A DNA stretch of 26,281 bases from an uncultured Bacteroidales bacterium (GTDB lineage Bacteria > Bacteroidota > Bacteroidia > Bacteroidales > P3), in contig ONOZ01000016.1 of assembly GCA_900319595.1 (NCBI GenBank), positions 1-26,281 on the forward strand. Direction: 5' to 3'. Positions 1 to 8,681 of this stretch are shown here, piece after piece. Position 1 is the stretch's first letter. Every line of letters begins with the position of its first letter. A program made the position numbers and the translations under genes. Under the pieces are notes generated by a model, which was given only the letters and a program-made list of their open reading frames with translations, did not search any database and was not told where the DNA came from.

Positions 1-49
1 ATTCCACTTTTTTCTAAATCATTGTTTTTCAGCACGATTTTTCATTTTG

Positions 50-81
50 CAAATTTACAAAAAATTTTTGAATTGACCAAA
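50..81 (-). promoter_or_regulatory. Bacteroidota housekeeping-sigma promoter firing leftward out of the window
   Basis: Minus strand reads TTTG (78-81), 20-nt spacer, TAAATTTG (50-57) followed by CAAAA. This matches the established TTTG-N19-21-TAnnTTTG consensus. Confidence 0.6.
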
Positions 82-99
82 TTTTTATCCTTAATTTTG
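67..99 (+). promoter_or_regulatory. Consensus-matching promoter pointing toward the 3' end of priA (antisense orientation)
   Basis: TTTG (67-70), 21-nt spacer, TAATTTTG (92-99) followed by CAAAA. No credible plus-strand CDS lies downstream. Confidence 0.4.
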
Positions 100-183
100 C
101 AAAATATTAGTTGCTTTTGATATTGGAAATTGTAGTTCTTTCAATTAAATTGTAATCGTAGGGGGATTATCTATCTTAATAGG

Positions 184-2724
184 TTATACGGGATCGACAT
201 CTATTGATATGCGAATCTGGTTATTGGCTTTTATTGCAAGAAATTCCTCGTTATATTCCTTTAAATACTGCTTGGCTTTGAAATATGATATATTTTTTTC
301 TATTTTTAGCCAAATCTCCATAGCGTAAAGGTTTTTTATTCTTGCAATTATAGGAGTTTGCGGACCGAACAACCTTGCTGCAAAGATTTTATGTAGATTA
401 CGTGCATATTCCACACTCTTTTTCTCTATAAACTCTTTATCTTTGTGTTGTAAGACAATCTTTATCATTCGACAAAATGGAGGAAAATTCATCATTTGCC
501 TTTCCTTTATTTGCAGTTGATACATATGCTCGTAATTTCTATTCTTTACGTCTTGCATAATTAGATGTTGAGGTTCGAAAGTCTGAATCAAAACCTTGCC
601 TTCTGCTGTTTTTCTTCCCGCTCTGCCACTTACTTGGGTTAATAACTGAAAAGTACGTTCAAAAGCCCTGAAATCGGGATAATGTAACATAGTATCAGAT
701 GCCAAAACACCAACAAGTGCAACATTATCAAAGTCTAAACCTTTTGCAATTATTTGAGTGCCACAAAGAATATCTATTTTGTGAGAGGCAAAATCGTTTA
801 TAATATTGATATATGCGTTTTTTGTTCTTGTGGAGTCCAAATCCATACGTTTGACTTTTGCTTTTGGAAAATATATTTGTGCTTCTTCCTCAATCTTTTC
901 TGTCCCCATGCCGACCAACCTTATTGAATGGGAATGACATTGAGGGCAGTAACTTAATGTAGTTGTATGATAGCCACAATAATGGCATTCCAAGTTTTGA
1001 CTTTCTTTGTGTAGGACTAACGAAACATCGCAATTAGGACATTTTGGTATGTATCCGCAAACATTACATTCAATATGTGGTGCGTAACCTCTTCTATTTT
1101 GGAATAAAATTACTTGTTTATTTTGGTTTAGTGCATTGGTTATTTCGTCATAAAGTCTTTGGGAGAAAATGCCATATGTAATTTTTTCCTTTATTGCTTG
1201 TTTCATATCCACAAGTTCTATCTTTGGCAATGGTAAATCAAAATATTGTTTAGTAAGAGTATGCAACATGTAGCGTTTTTTAGGAGAAATTTGATTATCG
1301 TTGCTACACATAAACATAGTTTCTACATTTGGTGTGGCACTGCCTAATATGGTTTTAGCACCGAATAGTTTTGCAAGATACAAAGCACAATCTCTGCCGT
1401 TATAATGTGGTACGGGTTCATTTTGTTTATAGGAAGTATCGTGTTCTTCGTCAATTATAACGAGTTGAAGATTTGTAAATGGTAGAAAAACAGATGAACG
1501 AGAGCCAAGTATTATTTGAAATCTCTTGTCTTTGTCATTTGTCATTGTCCTTTGCCATATTTCTGCTCGTTCGGTTGTAGAAAACTTTGAATTATATGTT
1601 ACTACTCTGCTACCAAAGTATTTTTCTAAGCGTTTTATTAGTTGTGTTGTAATAGCAATTTCTGGGAGCATATACAATACTTGCTTGGTAGGTTCTTTTT
1701 GGCAAGTGCTTTGCTTTAATACTTTATCTATTAGTTTTATATATATTTCAGTTTTGCCACTGCCTGTAACACCATGAATCAAATGCGTATCTATTGCCTC
1801 CCAATTATTTATTATATTATCAAACACTTTTTGTTGCTCCTCGTTCAGTTGAATATCAGAGGCGTTATGTGTTTGTACATTACTTTGCAAACGTGATACC
1901 TCAGAGGATTGCTTAACAAAAATATTTTTTTCAAGTAAGGTTGCAATAGTTGAGGCGTTACATCCATTATCTATAAGAATTGATTTTTTTATGACTCCTA
2001 TTTGTTTAGCCAATGCCAAATATTTCAAAATTACCTCCACTTGCATTTGAGAGCGTTTGCTTTTATCTAAACTATCAAGCAATTTTCGTAATTCTTCTTT
2101 ATCTTCGTACAAAGGATTAAGCGAAATGAAAGTTTCTTTTTTAGGGGTGTATCTATTCAAAAGTTCTTCGTCTGTAATAAGTACATCTTTGCGTATTAGT
2201 TGAGTTATGTTTTTCAAAATATCATTGCTACTTGCCTCAATTTTAATATCTTCCAACGCAATTTTCTCTTTTTTTGCAACAATATTAAATATTGCTAATT
2301 CCTTTGCATTCAAATCCGAAATATCCGCATTGAAATATGGAGAAACGGTTACTATGGTTTCACTTTTCAAACGCAATGAGGCAGGCATAGCAGCAGTTAT
2401 CACATCTCCAATATAAGCAATGTAGTAGTCGGCAACCCATTTGAAAAACTCTATTTGCTTTTCTGTTACAATAGGTTCATTGTCTATAATATCTAAAATA
2501 TATTTTATTGAAAAAGTATTTGATGTAGATATTTGGGTATTTGTTTGTTCCTCTATTTTATTGCCTTGATATTGTTTTATATTAACAACTATGGCAGAGT
2601 AGATACGATTACGTAACTGAACTACAACTCTTTGTCCTATTTTTATTTTGTTTTGTAATATTTCTGGTACGCGATAAGTGTAAGAATAGGGGAGATGTAA
2701 CGCTAATATCACATCTGCAAACAT
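184..2724 (-). CDS. priA: Primosomal protein N' (replication restart helicase PriA)
   Basis: Walker A GVTGSGKT, DEEH box, eight-Cys zinc region (CNVC..CPNC..CHYC..CPQC), GTEKIEEE, QVSGRAGR, and C-terminal IDVDP. The ORF track starts at TTG 2769, but that codon lies inside the -7 box. MFADVIL at 2724 resembles usual PriA N-termini; ATG 2757 is an alternative start. Confidence 0.96.
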   Translation of the reverse strand: MFADVILALHLPYSYTYRVPEILQNKIKIGQRVVVQLRNRIYSAIVVNIKQYQGNKIEEQTNTQISTSNTFSIKYILDIIDNEPIVTEKQIEFFKWVADYYIAYIGDVITAAMPASLRLKSETIVTVSPYFNADISDLNAKELAIFNIVAKKEKIALEDIKIEASSNDILKNITQLIRKDVLITDEELLNRYTPKKETFISLNPLYEDKEELRKLLDSLDKSKRSQMQVEVILKYLALAKQIGVIKKSILIDNGCNASTIATLLEKNIFVKQSSEVSRLQSNVQTHNASDIQLNEEQQKVFDNIINNWEAIDTHLIHGVTGSGKTEIYIKLIDKVLKQSTCQKEPTKQVLYMLPEIAITTQLIKRLEKYFGSRVVTYNSKFSTTERAEIWQRTMTNDKDKRFQIILGSRSSVFLPFTNLQLVIIDEEHDTSYKQNEPVPHYNGRDCALYLAKLFGAKTILGSATPNVETMFMCSNDNQISPKKRYMLHTLTKQYFDLPLPKIELVDMKQAIKEKITYGIFSQRLYDEITNALNQNKQVILFQNRRGYAPHIECNVCGYIPKCPNCDVSLVLHKESQNLECHYCGYHTTTLSYCPQCHSHSIRLVGMGTEKIEEEAQIYFPKAKVKRMDLDSTRTKNAYINIINDFASHKIDILCGTQIIAKGLDFDNVALVGVLASDTMLHYPDFRAFERTFQLLTQVSGRAGRKTAEGKVLIQTFEPQHLIMQDVKNRNYEHMYQLQIKERQMMNFPPFCRMIKIVLQHKDKEFIEKKSVEYARNLHKIFAARLFGPQTPIIARIKNLYAMEIWLKIEKNISYFKAKQYLKEYNEEFLAIKANNQIRISIDVDPV

Positions 2725-2766
2725 TCCCAGTTCATTTTGTTTGATAGACCCCTCCATATTGTTTTG

Positions 2767-2797
2767 CAAAGTTACGAAAAACTTTAGATACTACAAA
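2767..2797 (-). promoter_or_regulatory. priA promoter
   Basis: Minus strand TTTG (2794-2797), 19-nt spacer, TAACTTTG (2767-2774) followed by CAAAA. Confidence 0.7.
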
Positions 2798-2838
2798 AAA
2801 AGAAAACCTCCTAAGAAATTTTCTTAAGAGATTTTCTT
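2795..2838 (-). terminator. Intrinsic terminator of rpsA
   Basis: Minus-strand RNA AAGAAAAUCUCUUAAGA-AAAUU-UCUUAGGAGGUUUUCUU forms a 17-bp stem (arms 2800-2816 and 2822-2838). Its two plus-strand mismatches are G:U pairs only on the minus strand. A U run follows. Confidence 0.85.
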
Positions 2839-2864
2839 GTAAGATGGTTATTATCTGCTATTTA

Positions 2865-4628
2865 TTAGTTTTCTTTTTTCTCCATCTCTTCTTTTAATGA
2901 TGCTAAAACATCTAAATCACCCAAAGTTGTTTTTTCTAATGTTTGGTTGATTTTCTTTACAGGGTTAGCATCTTTTTTAGCCTTAGGTTCTTCCTCCTGT
3001 TTCCATATTTTCGTATGAGAAAGTACGATTCTTTTTGCTTCCTTCTGGAATTCAATAACTTTAAATTGCAATTTCTCATCTACTTTTGGAGTAGTCTTGT
3101 CTTCTTTTTGCATTTGACCTTTTGGACAAAAACCTTCTATACCGTAAGGTAAATTTACAACAGCACCGCTCTTGTCATTTACACTAATAACCGTACCTTC
3201 ATGGATACTTCCAACGGTAAAGATTGTTTCAAATACGTCCCAAGGATTTTCTTCCAACTGTTTGTGTCCCAAAGATAATCTTCTATTTTCAGGATCAACC
3301 TCCAAAACAACAACTTCAATCTTTTCGCCTATTTTTGTAAACTCAGCAGGATGTTTAATTTTCTTTGACCAAGACAAGTCAGAGATATGAATCAAACCAT
3401 CTACGCCTTCTTCTAATTCAACAAAGATTCCGAAAGTAGTGAAATTGCGAACAGTTGCAGTATGTTTGCTATTTATAGGATATTTTTCTGTAATATTCAC
3501 CCAAGGGTCTGGCATTAGTTGTTTTAATCCCAAAGACATTTTTCTTTCTTCTCTGTCAAGTGTAAGAATTACAGCCTCTACTTCATCACCAACTTTCAAA
3601 AAGTCATGAGCAGTACGTAAGTGCAGACTCCAACTCATTTCTGTTACGTGAATCAAGCCTTCTACTCCAGGAATTATTTCTATAAATGCACCATAATCTG
3701 CAAGAACTACAACTTTTCCTTTAACGTGGTCGCCAACTTTCAATTCTGGATCCAATTGATCCCAAGGATGTGGAGTTAATTGTTTCAATCCTAAAGCAAT
3801 TCTCTTCTTGGTTTCGTCAAAGTCAAGGATAACTACTCTAATTTTGTCATCTAAATGAACAATCTCTTCAGGTGAATTGATACGTCCCCAAGACAAGTCG
3901 GTAATATGAATCAAACCATCTACACCACCTAAATCTATGAATACTCCATAAGTAGTAATATTCTTAACCGTACCTTCTAAAACTTGACCTTTCTCTAAGT
4001 GGGACATAATCTCAGCCTTTTGAGCCTCAATTTCGTCTTCAATCAATGCTTTGTGAGAAACTACAATGTTTTTGTACTCATTGTTAATCTTAACAATCTT
4101 AAATTCCATTGTTTTATCAACGAATACATCATAATCTCTGATAGGCTTAACATCAATTTGAGAACCAGGTAAGAATGCTTCAATACCAAAGACATCAACA
4201 ATCAAACCGCCCTTAGTTCTAGACTTAACATAGCCTTTTATTATCTCTTGACTATCGTAAGCCTCATTTACTCTACCCCAAGACTTCAATATTCTTGCTT
4301 TTTTGTGAGAAAGCAATAATTGTCCGTTAGAATCTTCTTGATTTTCGATAAATACCTCTACTTTATCTCCTACTTTAAAATCTGGATTGTAGCGAAACTC
4401 TGTTGCAGGAATGACTCCATCAGATTTGAAATCAATATTTACAACAACTTCTCTGTCATTCATTGACACGATAGTACCCTCTGCTAACTCTTCATTGCCA
4501 ATAGAACCAAATGTTTTGTCATACGCTTCTTGCAATTTCGCTCTATCTTCTTGTGAATAAGCTTGTTTTTCGTCTACAGACGCCCAATCAAAATCTTGTA
4601 GGGGTTGAATGTTTTTTAAATCTCTCAT
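2865..4628 (-). CDS. rpsA: 30S ribosomal protein S1
   Basis: Tandem S1 repeats (GGLIVDVFGIEAFLPGSQID, YGVFIDLGGVDGLIHITDLSW, YGAFIEIIPGVEGLIHVTEMSW, FGIFVELEEGVDGLIHISDLSW) and C-terminal TLGDLDVLASLK. Start placed at ATG 4628 (MRDLKNIQPLQDFDW, resembling Bacteroides S1 N-termini) rather than TTG 4670. Confidence 0.97.
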   Translation of the reverse strand: MRDLKNIQPLQDFDWASVDEKQAYSQEDRAKLQEAYDKTFGSIGNEELAEGTIVSMNDREVVVNIDFKSDGVIPATEFRYNPDFKVGDKVEVFIENQEDSNGQLLLSHKKARILKSWGRVNEAYDSQEIIKGYVKSRTKGGLIVDVFGIEAFLPGSQIDVKPIRDYDVFVDKTMEFKIVKINNEYKNIVVSHKALIEDEIEAQKAEIMSHLEKGQVLEGTVKNITTYGVFIDLGGVDGLIHITDLSWGRINSPEEIVHLDDKIRVVILDFDETKKRIALGLKQLTPHPWDQLDPELKVGDHVKGKVVVLADYGAFIEIIPGVEGLIHVTEMSWSLHLRTAHDFLKVGDEVEAVILTLDREERKMSLGLKQLMPDPWVNITEKYPINSKHTATVRNFTTFGIFVELEEGVDGLIHISDLSWSKKIKHPAEFTKIGEKIEVVVLEVDPENRRLSLGHKQLEENPWDVFETIFTVGSIHEGTVISVNDKSGAVVNLPYGIEGFCPKGQMQKEDKTTPKVDEKLQFKVIEFQKEAKRIVLSHTKIWKQEEEPKAKKDANPVKKINQTLEKTTLGDLDVLASLKEEMEKKEN

Positions 4629-4743
4629 ACGAGAATAAAATGTTTTGTTTGTATTAAATTGCCTGCTCAATTTAAAGTTGTTTAACCTAATTTCTTATCT
4701 TCAAAAAGACGATAACAGGCTCGTACTTATTGAAAATGAGTTG

Positions 4744-4774
4744 CAAAATTACAAAAAAATGTAATTCTGACAAA
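4744..4774 (-). promoter_or_regulatory. rpsA promoter
   Basis: Minus strand TTTG (4771-4774), 19-nt spacer, TAATTTTG (4744-4751) followed by CAAC. Confidence 0.7.
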
Positions 4775-4803
4775 ATAAAATGCATAAATTTATAAAAAAG
4801 TTG

Positions 4804-4811
4804 TAAATTTG
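4804..4811 (+). promoter_or_regulatory. -7 box of the relA/spoT promoter (divergent from rpsA)
   Basis: TAAATTTG followed by CAAAA, about 50 nt upstream of ATG 4864. The -33 element is poor. Confidence 0.55.
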
Positions 4812-4863
4812 CAAAACTTACGGTGTAAATGCTATAGTCTAACCAATAAACATCTAATAAATT

Positions 4864-7086
4864 ATGTATATCATAGATGAAAGAGCCGAAAAAATAGAAA
4901 TCCTGTCGCGTTATCGCAAATTGATGAGAATAGTATGGGACTCTGCCTCCAAAGATGACTTGTTGATGATACGTAAAGCATTCACAGTTGCAGTAAATGC
5001 ACATGAAGGAGCAAGAAGAAAGTCTGGCGAACCATATATTTATCACCCGTTGGAAGTCGCACGCATTGCAGGAGAAGATTTAGGCTTAGGACCTATTGCT
5101 ATTGTGTGTGCATTGTTGCATGACGTAGTAGAGGATACAGATTATACATTAGAGGATTTGAAGAATATATTTAATGAAAAAGTAGCATTTATTGTTGATG
5201 GCTTAACCAAAATAAAAGATGTTTATGATTATGCCTCAAATTCTTTGCAAAGCGAAACATTTCGTAAGTTATTGATTGCTATGGGCGATGATGTGAGAGT
5301 GATTTTGATTAAACTGTGCGATAGACTGCATAATATGAGGACGTTGGAGTCTATGAAACCAAATAAACAACTCAAAATTGCTTCTGAAACTCAGTTTTTG
5401 TATGTTCCATTGGCTCATAGATTAGGGTTATATCGCTTTAAGCAAGAATTAGAAGACCTTTCGACAAAATATCTTAATCCGACAGCATACAACGAAATAA
5501 ACTCCAAACTACAAGATACAAAAGAGCAGAGAGAAGCATTTATTGCTGAGTTTTGTGGACCAATAAAGAATACCTTGAACGATAGAGGATATGATTTTAC
5601 AATTTCTTCTCGTGTAAAGAGCATTACATCAATAATTGGTAAGATAGAAAAAAAAGGTGTGAAATTTGAAGAGATATATGATATTTTTGCTATTCGCATT
5701 ATTTTGAATGTTCCACAAGACAGAGAAAAAGAGACCTGTTTTGCAATTTATAGCATAATCTCTTCTATGTATGAGCAGAGAAAAGACCGTTTTCGCGATT
5801 GGCTTACCAAACCCAAAAACAATGGATACGAGGCATTGCATACAACAGTTATGAGCAAACAGGGAAAATGGGTGGAAGTGCAGATAAGAAGCAAACGTAT
5901 GGACGAAATTGCCGAAACAGGATTGGCAGCCCATTATAAATATAAGGAGGTAGAAGAGGGCGAGTTGGATGCAAATTTGGATAATTGGTTAAGTAAGATT
6001 AGGGAACTTTTGGATAATCAAAATGCTACGGCAGTTGATTTTGTCAATGACTTCAAAATGAATATTGTTACAGATGAAATCACAGTTTTTACTCCAAAAG
6101 GCAAAAGTATTTCTTTACCTTTTGGTAGTAGTGTGCTGGATTTTGCATTTAATATTCATACAGACTTAGGACTTAACTGTATTGGAGGCAAGGTTAATTA
6201 TAAAGTTGTCCCTATTGACTATAAACTGCACAGTGCTGACCAAGTGGAGATCATTACTTCACGTATTGCACACCCTGAGGAAAAATGGTTGCAGTTTGTT
6301 CGAACAACAAAGGCTATAGGGGAGATAAAACGTTACATCAATTCCTATAAACAAGGTTTCAGAGAGGCAGGTCAGGAAAAACTAAAGGCGAAGTTTCTAT
6401 CGCTTAAAATAAATTGGAACGAGCAGAATATCCAAAAACTCATCAAATATGTTAATGTGCCAAATGCACTGGAACTCTACTACAAGTCCTTTTATGACGA
6501 GATAACTGATAATACAATAAAAATCTGTTTTACAAAGGAAAATGAAAATTCTTCTTGGATATTTTTACGTAATCCATTTAGAAAGCGTTCGCATAAGGAA
6601 CTTACTCTACGCGAGCAGATAAAAGAGCAGATTCAACAGAATCCTGAAGAAATTCTTATGAAACAGGACGTAGATAAATTGCCATATCTTTCGGCAGTTT
6701 GCTGCAATCCATTGCCGGGCGATGATGTTGTCGGACTTATTAGGGACGGTGCAATAGAGGTTCACAGGACTTCGTGCAGAAAAGCCGTTGAGGAGATGAG
6801 CAAATATGGACATCACATTGTAAAAGCCAAGTGGCGTGAAAATGAAAAGATAAGTTTTTTGGCGGGGATTAGAATTAAAGGAATTGATAGAAAGGGATTG
6901 TTGCAGGATATGGCAAGAGTTATTAGTGAAGTGTGGAATATAAATATGCGTTCGTTGGCTATGGAGAGTAGTGAGGGTACTTTTGAAGGGACAATGATGG
7001 TTTATATTTCCGATGCAAACAACCTATTGCATCTTATGGAGAATATTTCCAAGATAGAGGGAATTGAATCTGTCAATAGAATATAA
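4864..7086 (+). CDS. relA: Long RSH-family bifunctional (p)ppGpp synthetase/hydrolase
   Basis: Hydrolase motifs RKSGEPYIYHP, LLHDVVEDT and DRLHNMRT. Synthetase motifs YDIFAIR, PKNNGYEALHT, EVQIR and AAHYKYK. TGS domain (VFTPKG..DFAFNIHT), Cys region (CCNPLPGD..HRTSC) and C-terminal ACT domain. The HD motif is intact, so this is Rel/SpoT-like rather than hydrolase-dead. Confidence 0.95.
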   Translation: MYIIDERAEKIEILSRYRKLMRIVWDSASKDDLLMIRKAFTVAVNAHEGARRKSGEPYIYHPLEVARIAGEDLGLGPIAIVCALLHDVVEDTDYTLEDLKNIFNEKVAFIVDGLTKIKDVYDYASNSLQSETFRKLLIAMGDDVRVILIKLCDRLHNMRTLESMKPNKQLKIASETQFLYVPLAHRLGLYRFKQELEDLSTKYLNPTAYNEINSKLQDTKEQREAFIAEFCGPIKNTLNDRGYDFTISSRVKSITSIIGKIEKKGVKFEEIYDIFAIRIILNVPQDREKETCFAIYSIISSMYEQRKDRFRDWLTKPKNNGYEALHTTVMSKQGKWVEVQIRSKRMDEIAETGLAAHYKYKEVEEGELDANLDNWLSKIRELLDNQNATAVDFVNDFKMNIVTDEITVFTPKGKSISLPFGSSVLDFAFNIHTDLGLNCIGGKVNYKVVPIDYKLHSADQVEIITSRIAHPEEKWLQFVRTTKAIGEIKRYINSYKQGFREAGQEKLKAKFLSLKINWNEQNIQKLIKYVNVPNALELYYKSFYDEITDNTIKICFTKENENSSWIFLRNPFRKRSHKELTLREQIKEQIQQNPEEILMKQDVDKLPYLSAVCCNPLPGDDVVGLIRDGAIEVHRTSCRKAVEEMSKYGHHIVKAKWRENEKISFLAGIRIKGIDRKGLLQDMARVISEVWNINMRSLAMESSEGTFEGTMMVYISDANNLLHLMENISKIEGIESVNRI

Positions 7087-7168
7087 CAAAATATGCGACT
7101 ATTGTACTATATCAATCATATGTGAATAGTAGAAGTTAGATTTTCTTTATAAAATATGAATATTTGAT

Positions 7169-7199
7169 ATTGTCTATTCAAAAAAAGTTTGTACATTTG
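7169..7199 (+). promoter_or_regulatory. nhaD promoter
   Basis: ATTG (7169-7172), 19-nt spacer, TACATTTG (7192-7199) followed by CAG. Confidence 0.6.
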
Positions 7200-7259
7200 C
7201 AGTTTGTTTAAGGAATGTGTTATTTAAATATATTAACTAACTAAAAATAAAAAAGCAGT

Positions 7260-8564
7260 ATGACAAGTGCTATGATAATTATGATTGTTGTGTTTGCGAT
7301 AGGCTACCTTGCTATTGCAATGGAGCATACTCTCAAAATCAACAAAGCCCCTGCAGCATTGCTGTTGGGAATGGTGATGTGGACACTTTATGTAGCCATT
7401 GGAGGATTTCATGCAGGCGAACATCACGGAGTGTTAATTGAACATTTAGGGGATACAGCAGAGATTCTGTTCTTCTTGTTGGGAGCGATGACGATAGTTG
7501 AGACTATTGACCATCACGGAGGCTTTTCTATTATTACAGATAGAATTACCACAAAAAGCAAACGCAAACTCCTTTGGGTAATTGCAATTCTTACATTCTT
7601 TATGAGTGCAGTTTTAGATAACTTGACTACCTCTATTGTTATGTGTGCATTGCTTAGAAAATTGATTGCAGACAAAAAAGACCGTTGGTTCTTTGGTGGA
7701 GTGGTTATATTGGCTGCTAATGCCGGTGGTGCTTGGAGTCCAATAGGCGATGTTACAACTATTATGCTTTGGATAAAAGGAAATATTACGGCTGTAGGTG
7801 TAATAAAAGAAACATTAGTGGCTTCAATAGTTTGTATGGTGGTTCCGGTCGCAGGAATTAGCATGATGTTGAAAGGAGAAATTGAAAAGGTTCCAGATGC
7901 ACAAATAGGAAATTCTGTATCTATGATTTCTAAATTACAAAGCAAAATAGTGTTAGGAGTGGGTGTTGGATTCTTGGTATTTACTCCTGTATTCAAAACA
8001 ATCACTCACTTACCTCCTTATATGGGAATCTTACTAGGATTGAGTGTTTTGTGGATTTTGACTGAAATTATGCATCATAAACGCCCTGAAGTTTATCAAA
8101 GACTAAACATTAGTCATGTAATAACACGCGTTGATACGCCATCGGTGTTGTTTTTCTTAGGAATTCTTATGGCAGTTGCTTGTTTGTCAGAGGCAGGACA
8201 TTTAAGATTATTAGCACAAGGCTTAGATACACTTGGAAACTTCTATTTGACAGATTTAATTATCGGTGCATTATCGTCAATCGTGGATAACGTACCATTG
8301 GTTGCAGCTGCAATGGGAATGTATGACATTGCTCCAGCAGGACATTTTGCAATAGATGGTGCCTTTTGGGAATTTTTGGCTTATTGTGCTGGAACAGGAG
8401 GCTCTCTATTGATTATAGGTTCTGCGGCAGGCGTTGCAGTTATGGGAATGGAGAAAATAGATTTCATATGGTACTTAAAACATATTTCTATTTGGGCATT
8501 GCTTGGTTATCTTGCAGGAGCAGGGGTTTATGTCCTAATGAGCATGTTTATATTCCACACATAG
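7260..8564 (+). CDS. nhaD: Na+/H+ antiporter, NhaD family
   Basis: Polytopic hydrophobic protein with NhaD/IT-superfamily motifs LFFLLGAMTIVETID, SAVLDNLTT, ANAGGAWSPIGDVTTIMLW, SSIVDNVPLVAA and GTGGSLLIIGSAAGV. Confidence 0.9.
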   Translation: MTSAMIIMIVVFAIGYLAIAMEHTLKINKAPAALLLGMVMWTLYVAIGGFHAGEHHGVLIEHLGDTAEILFFLLGAMTIVETIDHHGGFSIITDRITTKSKRKLLWVIAILTFFMSAVLDNLTTSIVMCALLRKLIADKKDRWFFGGVVILAANAGGAWSPIGDVTTIMLWIKGNITAVGVIKETLVASIVCMVVPVAGISMMLKGEIEKVPDAQIGNSVSMISKLQSKIVLGVGVGFLVFTPVFKTITHLPPYMGILLGLSVLWILTEIMHHKRPEVYQRLNISHVITRVDTPSVLFFLGILMAVACLSEAGHLRLLAQGLDTLGNFYLTDLIIGALSSIVDNVPLVAAAMGMYDIAPAGHFAIDGAFWEFLAYCAGTGGSLLIIGSAAGVAVMGMEKIDFIWYLKHISIWALLGYLAGAGVYVLMSMFIFHT

Positions 8565-8600
8565 TATAAGTTATATGTAGAATAATCTGTATATAGTCAC

Positions 8601-8651
8601 AAAATTATAGAGTAGATTGCGAATCGGTAAATCTACTCTGTAATTTTTTTT
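8601..8651. terminator. Bidirectional intrinsic terminator between convergent nhaD and the transglycosylase gene
   Basis: Inverted repeat AAAATTATAGAGTAGATT (8601-8618) / AATCTACTCTGTAATTTT (8630-8647), one U:G pair, 11-nt loop. T run continues to 8651, with an A run on the left. Confidence 0.85.
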
Positions 8652-8681
8652 GAGCAATATTTGATACATTTAATTCACGGA

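Noticed and set aside
19-45. Possible leaderless 8-aa peptide MKNRAEKQ right after the leftward promoter
   Set aside because: Too short to distinguish from chance, and its downstream context is outside the window.
2758-2769. TTG start for priA given by the ORF track (and TTG 4670 for rpsA)
   Set aside because: The priA TTG lies inside the -7 promoter box. For both genes, downstream ATGs match the usual N-termini better.
4687-5046. 119-aa minus-strand ORF upstream of rpsA
   Set aside because: It overlaps relA antisense and runs through both promoters, with no family features.
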